From Chloroflexota bacterium (GTDB lineage Bacteria > Chloroflexota > Limnocylindria > Limnocylindrales > CSP1-4), in NCBI GenBank assembly GCA_005880805.1, contig VBFZ01000026.1, positions 481 to 64,480 of the forward strand: a stretch of DNA of 64,000 bases. The letters run 5' to 3'. Position 1 is the first letter of the stretch. Each line of letters begins with the position of its first letter. This document shows positions 46,270 through 55,631 of the stretch, in pieces. A program made the translations under genes and the position numbers. The notes under the pieces were generated by a model. That model was not told the DNA's origin, did no database searches, and saw nothing but the letters and a program-made list of their open reading frames with translations.

Positions 46270-46519
46270 CTCGCCTTTCAGGACAATGCCCCAGTGCTCC
46301 TGCTCGCAGGCGTCCTCGAGACTCGTGCCCTGCGAGCCGGTTTGGGGCAGCTCCGCGAGCGCGAACGCGACGGGACCGATCAGCGCGTAGCGGGTCAGGA
46401 AGCCCTCCCGCCGGACGGCCCCAAGTTCGCGGGGTGACAGCCGAATGGGGGTTCCCTCCTGTAGCCCTCGGGAGGTGCGCCGCGTTCGTAAACGCGGGCA
46501 CGAAGTCTAGCAGCGCCTC

Positions 46520-49408
46520 TCAGCCGACTGTCGCGGGGGCTCGCGTCTCCTCCCGGATCTGCTCCTCGAACACGGGCAGGCTGAAGCCGAACTCGGAGCC
46601 GCCCTCAGGCCGCGTGCGAGCCCAGATCCGGCCTCCCATCGCCTCGGTCAGGATTCGGCAGACGTACAGGCCGATCCCGGCTCCGGGCTGCGAGCGGGCA
46701 GTGGACGGTGACCGGTAGAACAGCTCGAACAGCTGCTGCGGATCCTCCTCGCTGAGCCCGGGACCCTGGTCCAGCACCCGGAAGAGGACCTGGTCACCGG
46801 ACATTTCGGCTTCGACGATCACTTCCGCGGCTGCGTCGGGTCCGTACTTGACGGCGTTGCCAACGAGGTTGCGGACGATCTGCTCGACGTAGGTCCGGTC
46901 ACCGGCGATCGGCGGCAGGTCTCGCGCGACGTGCTCGACGAACGTGACGCCCGTGCTCGCCCGCCGCTCCGAGTCGAGAATCGTCCGCACGACGTGCTGG
47001 AGGAGCACGGGCTCCGGCTCGAGCGAAAGGCGACCCGCCTGCGCCCGGCTCAGGACGAGCAGGTCCTCGACGAGCCGGTACAGCCGCTCCGATTCGGCCT
47101 CGACGTCGCCCAGCAGCCCCTCGACCTCGGGGCTGGCCTCCGGTCGCCTCCGCCGGAGGATCTTCGTCACGCCGAAGATCGTGGTGACAGGCGTGCGCAA
47201 CTCGTGCGACAGGATGCCCATGAATGCCTCCTGGGCCAGCTGCGCCTGGCGCTGCTCGGTGACGTCCCGCACGAGCATGACAGTCGAGCCCGACGTTTCG
47301 CCCTCGCCGGAGGGGACCGCCCGGTAGGCCGTCGCCTCCAGCCAGCGGAGCGGCTGCTCGGTGCGAATCTCCACCGGCCCTGAAGCCTTGCCAAGCTCCG
47401 GAAGCTCCCCTTCGAACGGGCCGAGCAGCCGGGCGAGGTCCTCGTAGCGCGCGATCGGCTCGTCAAGAAGCTCGACGACGGCCTGATTCGTCAGGACCAC
47501 ATCGCCTGCGTCATTGCACACGAGAACCGCCTCGCGCATCGACTCGATGATCGCCCTGAGCTCCGCGCTCCTGGCGCGCTCCGACGTGGCGAGGCGGTAC
47601 AGACGGCTCTGCACTTCGATGCGCTCGCTGATGTCCCGGGCGGAGACGATGATGCGCTGCTCGCCATCCGGCAGGGTGACGCACTGCATGAAGGCTTCGA
47701 CCGGGATGTCGACGCCGTCCTTGCGGCGATGCGTCGTCGGGTAGGTGCGGGCGGCTCGGCGACCGGCGACGAGCGGCGCGAGGAGCTCGCGGTAGGAAGC
47801 CTCGTCGAACTTCGGCTTGATCGCCAGTGCGGGCATGTCGATCAGTTCGGCCCGCGTGTACCCCAGTTGAGCGAGCGCGCCGTCGTTCGCGTAGCGGATT
47901 CGGAGGGTCTCGGGGTCGATCAGGATCACCGCGTCGAGGGAGGCATCGACGGTCGCGGTGAACTGCGTCGCTTCGCGAAGCAGGCTGCCGACCTGGACGG
48001 CGACGCCGAGGCGACGGCCGAGGTCGGAGGCGAACAACACGTCCGCCGGACCGAACCGATGGGCTTCGCTCGCCCCGAACGCGAGCACACCCGTGCCGCC
48101 GCGGGCACCCTCGACGGGCACGGGAGCGAGCACGCCCGATCGCGAGCCGAAGCGCGCGAGAACGTTGGCAGCCGCCGGTTCCACGGCCAGCTCGAGCGAG
48201 TCGATCAGCAGGGCACGCCGTGGCGGCTCCAGGCGGTCGACGCGGCTCACCGACTCAGGCCCGGCGGAGCCCTCCTGGTCGCGCCGGGCTGCAGCCCGAT
48301 ATGTCCCGTGCGGCTCGGACCACTCGATCAGCGCCCAGTCCGCGAATTCCTCGGTGAGAAGTCGCGCGAGTCGCGGGAGAGCCGCCTGGTAGTCGAAGCC
48401 GCCAGCCAGCACCTCGGAGGCCTGGACCAGCAGCCCGAGGCGAAGCTCGGATTTCTTGCGGTCCTCGAAGAGGACTGCACGCGCGAACCCTTGTGCAGAC
48501 GCGTCCACGATCGTCGTGAGGTACTCGAGGTTGTCGCGCGTGAACCGGCTTCGATCGTTGAACGCCAGGGTCAGGACGCCGATGGGCCGATCACCGAGGA
48601 TCAGCGGGATACAAGCGAGCGCGCGGATGTCCCCGAGCGCAGCCTGGAGCTCTGCAGGAAAGGCGTTGCGGATGCTGGCCGGCGACTCGAGCAGGATGGC
48701 TCGCCCCGAGCGGAAGGCGACCGCCGGAGGGAGGCTTCCATCGAGAGGCACGGCGCGGAGCGCCTCGACGAGAGGCCCTGGCAGTCCTCCACTGGGCGTG
48801 GATCCGAGAGTGTTCGTTTCCGGCCGGTGGATGGACACGACGCCTGCCGAGGCGCCGAAGATCGATTCAGAGACCCCGAGGATCGTCACCGCCGTGTCGT
48901 CGAAGCTCTCGGCGCGGCTCAGCTCGATTGCCAGGCGCTGGAGGCCCTCGGCCCGACCGCGGAGCCGATCCGAATCCCGCCGGGCTGTGGCGAGGGCCGA
49001 GCTCAAGGCGCTGATGAGGATCCCGACGATGACGAACAGGCCGGCCTCCAGGATCGCGGTGGGATTGCGCACTGCCGCGTGGCCGAGCGGCAAGACGAAC
49101 ACGAGCGCCTCGCCCGCCAGGCAGAAGAGGGTCGCACCGAGACCGCCCTGCAGACCGCCGAACCAGGCGGCAAGGGCGACCGCAACCACGTACGGGAGGA
49201 AACCGACGTCCGTGCCCGCCGCGGCATTGGCCGCTGCCTTCAGGCCAATGGCCAGGAATGCGAGGAGCGCGGCCCACGGCAGCGGGTGATCCGAAGCCTG
49301 CGCCTGGGAGGCGACAATCGCGCGCCAGAGGCTCACGGGCAGGCGGACCGTCACACGCTCCCGGGCGGTCACTGCCGATAGCTGTTGGTCGGGCCGTTCC
49401 ACGTGCAC
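46520..49408 (-). CDS. Multidomain sensor histidine kinase (DUF4118-type membrane region, GAF and PAS domains, HisKA + HATPase_c)
   Basis: H-box FMGILSHELRTPVTTI, N/G boxes NLVGNAVKYGP...DQGPGL...GAGIGL; no adjacent response regulator. Confidence 0.85.
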   Translation of the reverse strand: MHVERPDQQLSAVTARERVTVRLPVSLWRAIVASQAQASDHPLPWAALLAFLAIGLKAAANAAAGTDVGFLPYVVAVALAAWFGGLQGGLGATLFCLAGEALVFVLPLGHAAVRNPTAILEAGLFVIVGILISALSSALATARRDSDRLRGRAEGLQRLAIELSRAESFDDTAVTILGVSESIFGASAGVVSIHRPETNTLGSTPSGGLPGPLVEALRAVPLDGSLPPAVAFRSGRAILLESPASIRNAFPAELQAALGDIRALACIPLILGDRPIGVLTLAFNDRSRFTRDNLEYLTTIVDASAQGFARAVLFEDRKKSELRLGLLVQASEVLAGGFDYQAALPRLARLLTEEFADWALIEWSEPHGTYRAAARRDQEGSAGPESVSRVDRLEPPRRALLIDSLELAVEPAAANVLARFGSRSGVLAPVPVEGARGGTGVLAFGASEAHRFGPADVLFASDLGRRLGVAVQVGSLLREATQFTATVDASLDAVILIDPETLRIRYANDGALAQLGYTRAELIDMPALAIKPKFDEASYRELLAPLVAGRRAARTYPTTHRRKDGVDIPVEAFMQCVTLPDGEQRIIVSARDISERIEVQSRLYRLATSERARSAELRAIIESMREAVLVCNDAGDVVLTNQAVVELLDEPIARYEDLARLLGPFEGELPELGKASGPVEIRTEQPLRWLEATAYRAVPSGEGETSGSTVMLVRDVTEQRQAQLAQEAFMGILSHELRTPVTTIFGVTKILRRRRPEASPEVEGLLGDVEAESERLYRLVEDLLVLSRAQAGRLSLEPEPVLLQHVVRTILDSERRASTGVTFVEHVARDLPPIAGDRTYVEQIVRNLVGNAVKYGPDAAAEVIVEAEMSGDQVLFRVLDQGPGLSEEDPQQLFELFYRSPSTARSQPGAGIGLYVCRILTEAMGGRIWARTRPEGGSEFGFSLPVFEEQIREETRAPATVG

Positions 49409-49523
49409 TCCGCGTGCATTCGACGATGCGGCCTAGATTGCACGGGCCGGGGATCGCGCCGTCAAGGTTTCAGCCGCATTACAGCCCGGGACGCGGGAGT
49501 CCTTGGCAGGCTCCCCAGCCGTG

Positions 49524-50855
49524 TCAGCTCGCGGCGGGCGCCGAAACGGGTGACTCCTCGTTGCCGCCCGGCCGCTCCGGCGCCGGCGCCCCGAGCGCCA
49601 GGTAGGACTCGATCGCCGCTTCGAGCCCGACGTCGCGACCTGCCCGCTCGGACATGAGCCACTTGTGCTCGAGGAGGTCGCAGTAGGCCTGCACGATGTC
49701 CCCGTCAGGGCCGACGACCTCGGCCAGGCGCTGCGTCGTCGGTCGGAAGACGTCCCGCAGCCAGCGTTCGGGCCCGGTAGTGCCCAGCGGTCGACCCTCG
49801 AACCACTCCAGCCAGGCCGCGTACTCATGGAGGTCGTTCAGCAGGAGACGCGCCTGGTTCTCCATGGCGACGATGCCGGTCTTCCGCTCGAGGTGCCTGG
49901 CGTGGAAGAGGCGCGTGGTGACCGCAAGCGTCAGGCGCACGAGTCCGTCCGGCGCACCGGGCTCCAGTGCGACCTCGTCCACCGAGAAGCCGAGATCGTT
50001 GAGCTTGCGAATCCGCTTCTCGATCGCGTGCCGGTCGTGCGGCCGGAGCTCGGGCGTCTCGTGGAGCTTCTCCCAGAGCAGTTCGTAGCGCTCGCGAACG
50101 GACTCGGCCGCCTCGATGGCCGCGTCCAGGTCCTCGAGGCGTCCCTGGTAGGCCGCCAGATCGGCGAGTCCGAACGCGACGTTCTCGACCAGGATGTCCA
50201 GGTCGTTTCGGCGCTGGCCGTCCGACAGGCTCGGGTGGACCTCGCTGGTTTCGGCGTCGACCAGGTAGGCCTGGATCTTGTCGCCGTCACGACGGAAGAG
50301 GGTGTTCGCAAGCGAGCAATCGCCCCAGTAGACCCCGGCCCGATGGAGATCGATCAGCAGCCAGGCCATCGCGTCAAGCAGGCGGTCGCGGTAGGAGCCG
50401 GGTCCAAGCGGGAAGCGCATGAGGAGACGGCGGTACTGCAGCGAGTTGGCGAGGTACTCCGTGACCAGGATGGCCGTATCGCGATCCGGCGCCTCGGCCA
50501 GGCCGATGGTCGAGACTGCCGGCAGGCCCAGCTCCTCCAGGTGTCGCAGCGCCGCGAATTCGCGCTGCGCCGTCTCGAGCGGCTCCTCCTTCAGGGCAAA
50601 GAGGCGGCCGTCGGTCGCCAGGAACCGAACGAGGTGTCGCGACGGCCCGACCTGCATCTCCCGGAAGCCGTCCTCGTGCCACCGCGCCAGCGGCAGCTCC
50701 CAGGACAGGCCGAGCAGCTCGCTTGCGCCCTGGCGCAAACGCAGGCGCGGGAATCTCGCGGTTGCCGAAGATTCGGCAGCGGAGCCGTTGCCGTCGGTGT
50801 CCAGGATCTGGAGCTCGGCGAGGCCTTCGACCTCTTCGACTCTGGTGGTGGTCAC
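49524..50855 (-). CDS. DUF4032-like protein with protein-kinase-like fold
   Basis: Kinase-like catalytic segment LHRAGVYWGDCSLANTLF...YLVDAETSE; ~440 aa. Confidence 0.45.
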   Translation of the reverse strand: MTTTRVEEVEGLAELQILDTDGNGSAAESSATARFPRLRLRQGASELLGLSWELPLARWHEDGFREMQVGPSRHLVRFLATDGRLFALKEEPLETAQREFAALRHLEELGLPAVSTIGLAEAPDRDTAILVTEYLANSLQYRRLLMRFPLGPGSYRDRLLDAMAWLLIDLHRAGVYWGDCSLANTLFRRDGDKIQAYLVDAETSEVHPSLSDGQRRNDLDILVENVAFGLADLAAYQGRLEDLDAAIEAAESVRERYELLWEKLHETPELRPHDRHAIEKRIRKLNDLGFSVDEVALEPGAPDGLVRLTLAVTTRLFHARHLERKTGIVAMENQARLLLNDLHEYAAWLEWFEGRPLGTTGPERWLRDVFRPTTQRLAEVVGPDGDIVQAYCDLLEHKWLMSERAGRDVGLEAAIESYLALGAPAPERPGGNEESPVSAPAAS

Positions 50856-51123
50856 CCGAAAAGGGTGCTGGTTGTTGCGCGATCGCGCAACTGCCCTGGT
50901 CGAGACCGGAGGCCATGACCAAAGGCCTCCGCCGGACGCCCCTCTACCAGTGCCCTGGCAATTGGCGCACGGCTACGGATGACGACCGACGGAGGCGGGG
51001 GCTACCGATCTCAAACGTGGTGTTGGCCACCGCGCGTATGGCGCCGCACAAAGGCTACCGGCGCGGATACCGCGGTCGTGCCAATCCGCGGACCCGTTTT
51101 GCAAGACCGTGTCCGGCCTGGAA

Positions 51124-51200
51124 TGGCGCGCCCGGAGGGATTCGAACCCCCGACCCTGTGGTCCGAAGCCACATGCTCTGGTCCACTGAGCTACGGGCGC
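51124..51200 (-). tRNA. tRNA-Arg (anticodon TCG), 77 nt including encoded CCA
   Basis: Reverse complement GCGCCCGTAGCTCAGTGGACCAGAGCATGTGGCTTCGGACCACAGGGTCGGGGGTTCGAATCCCTCCGGGCGCGCCA folds as a cloverleaf: 7-bp acceptor stem, D-arm GCTC/GAGC, anticodon stem TGTGG/CCACA with loop CTTCGGA, T-arm GGGGG-TTCGAAT-CCCTC. Confidence 0.8.
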
Positions 51201-51399
51201 GCGGCCCGCATTCTAGCCGGAAGGCCCCGATTTACCGGACCGCTGAGCCGGCCGCACGCCCGGCCGGCGGCAGTACCGAGGTCGACCCTCAATAGGAAAC
51301 CCTCCCTATGGCCGCCTCCCGGAGCGGCGGCTACAGTCGCCGGCCTCGACCATCGGACCAGGTGCCCGGTCCGCAAGCCACCGGGAGGCTGTCTGGTCC

Positions 51400-51525
51400 A
51401 TGGAAAGCGCCCAGCTCGCGCAGCTCGTCGTCTTCGTGCTGCTCGTGTCGATACCTCTCCTGTTCCTCGAGGCGGGCATGCGCCGGGCTCGGCGCCAGCG
51501 CCACGGCCGACACGGAGGTTCCTGA
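51400..51525 (+). CDS. Possible small hydrophobic protein, 41 aa (MESAQLAQLVVFVLLVSIPLLFLEAGMRRARRQRHGRHGGS)
   Basis: ATG 11 nt after GGGAGG; below the ORF-track cut-off; weak. Confidence 0.25.
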   Translation: MESAQLAQLVVFVLLVSIPLLFLEAGMRRARRQRHGRHGGS

Positions 51526-51727
51526 CCCCAATCCCGTCGAGAAGCATTTGACACCCCTCCTGTCGTCTGCGCGACACCGCGGGCGTATAAGGAAGAAGGG
51601 TTGATCCACATCCAGTAGGCCCCTCGCTGGGCCGCGATTACGCCGTTCGGATGATGTCTGCGAGCCTTGCTTGGACGATCCTGATCGCCCCTGCGAATCC
51701 AGCGCCCAGACGGATCGTCAGCCGCCA

Positions 51728-51988
51728 ATGCAAGCCACGGAGCTGCTGCTCCACACCTTTCCCAGCGCCGATACCGCGTTTCGGTTCGCGGTCGCCGGCG
51801 CATTCGACGTCGTGGCCGAGGAAGAGGGCGTCCTCGTCAGCGAACTGCGTGGCGATCGCGAGGTCCAGGGAAGGCTGCAGCGCATCATCCGCGAGCGCTA
51901 TCCGCGGTCGTACGTCCGTTCGCGCGACCCCTGGACCCAGGCGAAGGGTGACGCGCGCTCGATTTGGTACGTCTTCCGAGGCGAGTAA
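51728..51988 (+). CDS. Hypothetical protein (86 aa from MQATELLLHTF...; ORF open from 51671)
   Basis: ORF only; no motif recognised. Confidence 0.3.
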   Translation: MQATELLLHTFPSADTAFRFAVAGAFDVVAEEEGVLVSELRGDREVQGRLQRIIRERYPRSYVRSRDPWTQAKGDARSIWYVFRGE

Positions 51989-52043
51989 CTGGCTCGAAAC
52001 GCGGGCCGCCACGGCCCGGCCGGCCGAACTGGGAGAGCCCGGG

Positions 52044-53363
52044 TCAGCTGGCGCTGCGGGTACGGCTGACGGCCAGCGCCTCGCGCGATAGCTCGTAGGC
52101 CCGGGCGTGGTCGCCTTCCTCGGCGACGATGTCGGCCCACTCACCGAGCAGGGACTCGAGCTGGATGCGTCGATCCTGCTGGCGCGCCCGCTCCGCAGCC
52201 TGTTGGAGGATCTCGATCGCACCCGCGCGGTCGCCCTGCTGCCTGCGGGCGCGGGCCAGCGTCAGCGCCGCGTCCGCGAACGCCTTCTGATTCCCGCTGG
52301 CCTCGGCCAGTTGCAGCGCCTCCGAGGCAAGCGCGGCGGCTCCGTCGCGGTCGCCAGCTCTGAGGGCAATCTGCGCCTCGGTATCTGCCACGTGTGCCAG
52401 CCAGCGCTCGCTGCCTAGCCGCTCGAACTCTCGTCGCGCGACAGCGGCCTGCTCGCGGGCAAGGTCGAGGCTGCCACGCTTCAGGTACACCATCGCCAGC
52501 GAGTTCTCGACCGAAGCCGCTTCCAGCTGGGCGTCGCTCGCCTTGAAGAGGGCGGCCGCCTGGAGGCCCAGGGTGAGCGCACCTTCGAAGTCGCCGAGCT
52601 CCTGGTACGAAAGCGCGAGCGTGAAGTCGAACGTCGCCCGGCGCCGATCATCGAACTCGGCGGAGATTCCGCGGGCCTCTTCGAGATATGAGAGGGCGAC
52701 GTCTCCATGGATGTCGCGCGACTCGATGGCCGCCAGCGCGATCAGCACCCGCACCTTGAAGTCCGGCTCCAGCGCCAGGCCGTCCTTTAGCTGCTCGAGG
52801 AGACCGGTCAGGATGCGGCGCGCTTCGAGCGAGTTCTCCAGGAGGTAGAACCCATTCGACTGCCAGTAGGCAGCACGGGCGGCGTCCTGGACGTTTCCGG
52901 CGGCCGTGAAGAGCTCGACCGCTTCGGTCGCCAGCCTGACCGCCTCGCCACCGCGCTCGAGGCGGCACAGGGCTTCCGCGCGACCCTTGAGGAAGTGGGC
53001 CTTGATCGCGGGGCTCGCGGTTCCGGTTGACAGGAGGTCCCCGTAGGCGTCGGCGGCGCGTTGCCAGTCGCCGCTGGCGAGCATCAGGTCGGCCTCGAGT
53101 CGGCTCCAGCGGCTGACGTCCTCGCCCATGAGGGTCGTGGCCGGGATGCCCAGTCGCCCGGCGAGGAAATTCAGGGCGGCCATGGAGGGCTTGATGTGCC
53201 CGTTCTCGAGGGCACTCACGTAGGCCTTGGTGTACCTGCCCTCAGCGAGCTGTGCCTGCGTAAGTCCGCGCTGGAGCCGCTCCGCTCTCAGGCGACCGCC
53301 GATTCGTTGAGCGAGTGGCCGGTCTGCTTCGACGTGAGATCGCGCGGTTCGGGTCAGCTGCAT
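52044..53363 (-). CDS. Transcriptional regulator with N-terminal XRE-type HTH and C-terminal TPR-repeat domain (RNPP-like architecture)
   Basis: HTH LRAERLQRGLTQAQLAEGRYTKAYVSALENG, then ~8 TPR-like helical repeats; ATG 53363. Confidence 0.75.
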   Translation of the reverse strand: MQLTRTARSHVEADRPLAQRIGGRLRAERLQRGLTQAQLAEGRYTKAYVSALENGHIKPSMAALNFLAGRLGIPATTLMGEDVSRWSRLEADLMLASGDWQRAADAYGDLLSTGTASPAIKAHFLKGRAEALCRLERGGEAVRLATEAVELFTAAGNVQDAARAAYWQSNGFYLLENSLEARRILTGLLEQLKDGLALEPDFKVRVLIALAAIESRDIHGDVALSYLEEARGISAEFDDRRRATFDFTLALSYQELGDFEGALTLGLQAAALFKASDAQLEAASVENSLAMVYLKRGSLDLAREQAAVARREFERLGSERWLAHVADTEAQIALRAGDRDGAAALASEALQLAEASGNQKAFADAALTLARARRQQGDRAGAIEILQQAAERARQQDRRIQLESLLGEWADIVAEEGDHARAYELSREALAVSRTRSAS

Positions 53364-53643
53364 GACCCGCAGGATAACGCGTCGGTCTACTGGGTTGTAA
53401 CTCGTCGAGCAGCTGACCGCACCTGATCCCGAGGCGGTCCGTGAGCAGCAGCAGGCTGGCAAGCGAGGGAACGGTCCGCCCACTCTCGACCGAGGACACG
53501 AACGCGCGGGTGAGCGGGTAGCCCAGGTGCGCCTGGGTCAGGCCGCGTGCAACGCGCTCTTTTCGTAGCTCCGCCCCCAGCGCCCGCGCAAAGTCGGACT
53601 CCGGGCCGGCGCTGCGTTGTTTAGCAATAGTTGACTCACGCAT
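53242..53643 (-). CDS. Small XRE-family HTH protein (C-terminal tail low-complexity, overlaps next gene)
   Basis: MRESTIAKQRSAGPESDFARALGAELRKERVARGLTQAHLGYPLTRAFVSSVESG...; 120-bp overlap with the HTH-TPR gene start. Confidence 0.5.
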   Translation of the reverse strand: MRESTIAKQRSAGPESDFARALGAELRKERVARGLTQAHLGYPLTRAFVSSVESGRTVPSLASLLLLTDRLGIRCGQLLDELQPSRPTRYPAGHAADPNRAISRRSRPATRSTNRRSPESGAAPARTYAGTAR

Positions 53644-53701
53644 GCTTGCGAGGTTAGCATCCGCCAGTCCCGCACTCAAGGAAAGGGAAGGAGGAATTTC
53701 A

Positions 53702-53821
53702 ATGGAGCTGTTTCGTCGGATTCGCCTGGTCCTGGTGGCTTCGCTCACCGCGGTCGCCCTGACCGCCGCGGCGATCGGCACCGCCTTCGCAGGGGATGGC
53801 GGGCCCCCGTTCCCGCACTGA
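53702..53821 (+). CDS. 39-aa secreted pro-peptide candidate (MELFRRIRLVLVASLTAVALTAAAIGTAFA|GDGGPPFPH)
   Basis: ATG 8 nt after AAGGGAAGGAGG; n-h-c signal-peptide architecture with an AFA cleavage site leaving a 9-aa C-terminal peptide; divergent from the XRE gene and 102 bp upstream of the sensor kinase. Confidence 0.45.
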   Translation: MELFRRIRLVLVASLTAVALTAAAIGTAFAGDGGPPFPH

Positions 53822-53923
53822 CCTCGGCGGCTCCCGTACAGTCCCGGGCGGGACCGCCGACGCGGCCCGCCCGTTTCATTGCCCGCTTCCGGCCGCGCTC
53901 CCTGGTCGGCGTAGCATGACCTG

Positions 53924-55606
53924 ATGGACGTCCTCCGCCGCCCTCGATTCGATCGCGGTCGGGGTCGTCGAGCGCTCGAGGCTGCTGCGGTCGCCGCCGC
54001 GACGCTGGCGGTCAGCACCGTGGTCGCAGCCGCACTCGAATCGGGTGCAGGCGTCGCTGATGCATCGTCGGTCTACCTCCTCGCGGTGGTGGTCATGGCC
54101 TCCCGCTACGGCCTCTGGCCGGCGGTCGCGACGTCGCTCCTTTCGGTGCTCGTGTACGACCTCCTCTTCACCGCGCCCCGTTTTGCGTTGGCCGTCGCCG
54201 ATCCGCAGGAGTGGCTGAGCCTCCTCCTGTTCCTCGTGGTCGCCGTCGTTATCGCACGCCTCGCGGCCCTGCAGGCCGACCGCGCGGCTGACGCGACGCG
54301 CCGTGCCGACGAGGCGCGCGCACTCTTCGGCGTCAGCCGGTCGCTCGCGACGGCGGCGTCCGTACAGGTCGCAGCCCAGGACATCGTCCAGCGTCTGCAG
54401 GTCGGTGCGGGCATGGACAGCGTGTGGATCGCCCTCGGAAACAACCCCGCCAGCGAGCGTCTCCTAGCCGGGGCGGTCGCCGGCCGGAGTCGACCCCCCG
54501 CCGCGGTTTACTGGACGTTGCATCGGGGAGCACAGGACGCAGCCGACCAGTGGGTCCGTACTCACGCCGGCCGGCAGCCGGGCCGCGAGGCCGACGCCTC
54601 GCGTGCCGAGGTCGCCCCTGGCTCCGACACGGGCGATATGTTCCGCTTGGGAATCGAGGCGGAGGACCAGCGGCTCGGGTCGCTCTGGGCGGTGCGCGGA
54701 CACCAGCAGGGCGTGCCCGGGCCGGACGAGACGCGGCTGCTGTCGCTGGCCGCCGACCAGGTCGCGCTCGCACTCCGCCGCGAGCAGCTGGCATTGGAAG
54801 CGACAAAGGCGGAAGTCGCGCGCCGAAGCGACACGCTCAAGAGCGCGCTGCTCGACTCCGTGTCGCACGGGTTCCGGACGCCGCTCGCCACGATTCGTGC
54901 GCTTGCCGGGCAGCTGCTGGACGAAGAGACGGCACCGTCCGCCGAGGCGACGCGGGAGACGGCGGGCGCGATCGACGACGAGGCGGCACGCCTGAGTGAC
55001 GTCGTGCGGAACGTGCTGGATCTCAGCCGTATCGAAGGCAACGCGCTTCGCGCGGAGCTCGAAGTTCACGAGCTTGCGGAGCTCGTCCGTGGAGCCGTCC
55101 GCCGCGAGAAGGCGATCGTCGAGCCGAAGCGGGTCGAGGTCGACCTGCCGGACGAGCTGCCGCCAGTCATGGTCGACGCGATCTTTCTCGACCAGGCACT
55201 GATGAACGTGCTCGAGAATGCCGCCGCCTATGCGGGCCCCGGTGCCGCAATCCGCGTCACCGCGAGCGTCGCGGACGACGGGTTCGTGGACTTGCTCGTC
55301 GAGGACGGCGGACCGGGGGTGCCCGACGAGGACCTCGACCGGCTGTTCGAGAAGTTCTATCGCAGGCCGACGGTGCGGTCCGCGCGCGCCGGGCTGGGCA
55401 TTGGGTTGAGCGTCGCGCGTGGCCTGGTGGAGGCGATCGGTGGCCAGTTGTCGGCCGAGCGCAGCGGGCTCGGCGGGCTGGCGATCAGGTTCCGGCTGCC
55501 TCGGGCGCGACTGACGGAGAGGTCGATCGACTCGCACGAGGAGCCGACGCCTGTGGGCGTCGCACAGGGGGAGGCGGGACCACCGCGCCACCCATCGTCA
55601 GCTTGA
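53924..55606 (+). CDS. Sensor histidine kinase, KdpD C-terminal-half type (DUF4118 membrane domain + GAF + HisKA + HATPase_c), lacking the KdpD N-terminal domain
   Basis: DUF4118-like TM block (LLAVVVMASRYGLWPAVATSLLSVLVYDLLFTAP), H-box LLDSVSHGFRTPLATI, ATPase motifs NVLENAAAYAGPG...DGGPGVP...GLGIGL. Confidence 0.85.
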   Translation: MDVLRRPRFDRGRGRRALEAAAVAAATLAVSTVVAAALESGAGVADASSVYLLAVVVMASRYGLWPAVATSLLSVLVYDLLFTAPRFALAVADPQEWLSLLLFLVVAVVIARLAALQADRAADATRRADEARALFGVSRSLATAASVQVAAQDIVQRLQVGAGMDSVWIALGNNPASERLLAGAVAGRSRPPAAVYWTLHRGAQDAADQWVRTHAGRQPGREADASRAEVAPGSDTGDMFRLGIEAEDQRLGSLWAVRGHQQGVPGPDETRLLSLAADQVALALRREQLALEATKAEVARRSDTLKSALLDSVSHGFRTPLATIRALAGQLLDEETAPSAEATRETAGAIDDEAARLSDVVRNVLDLSRIEGNALRAELEVHELAELVRGAVRREKAIVEPKRVEVDLPDELPPVMVDAIFLDQALMNVLENAAAYAGPGAAIRVTASVADDGFVDLLVEDGGPGVPDEDLDRLFEKFYRRPTVRSARAGLGIGLSVARGLVEAIGGQLSAERSGLGGLAIRFRLPRARLTERSIDSHEEPTPVGVAQGEAGPPRHPSSA

Positions 55607-55631
55607 TGAGCCACCCCCGAATGGGCGCGGT

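Noticed and set aside
51671-51727. Longer start (MDDPDRP…) for the hypothetical protein at 51728..51988
   Set aside because: No RBS at either candidate and no homology evidence. Both starts are retained as possibilities, and the feature is reported from the internal Met at low confidence.
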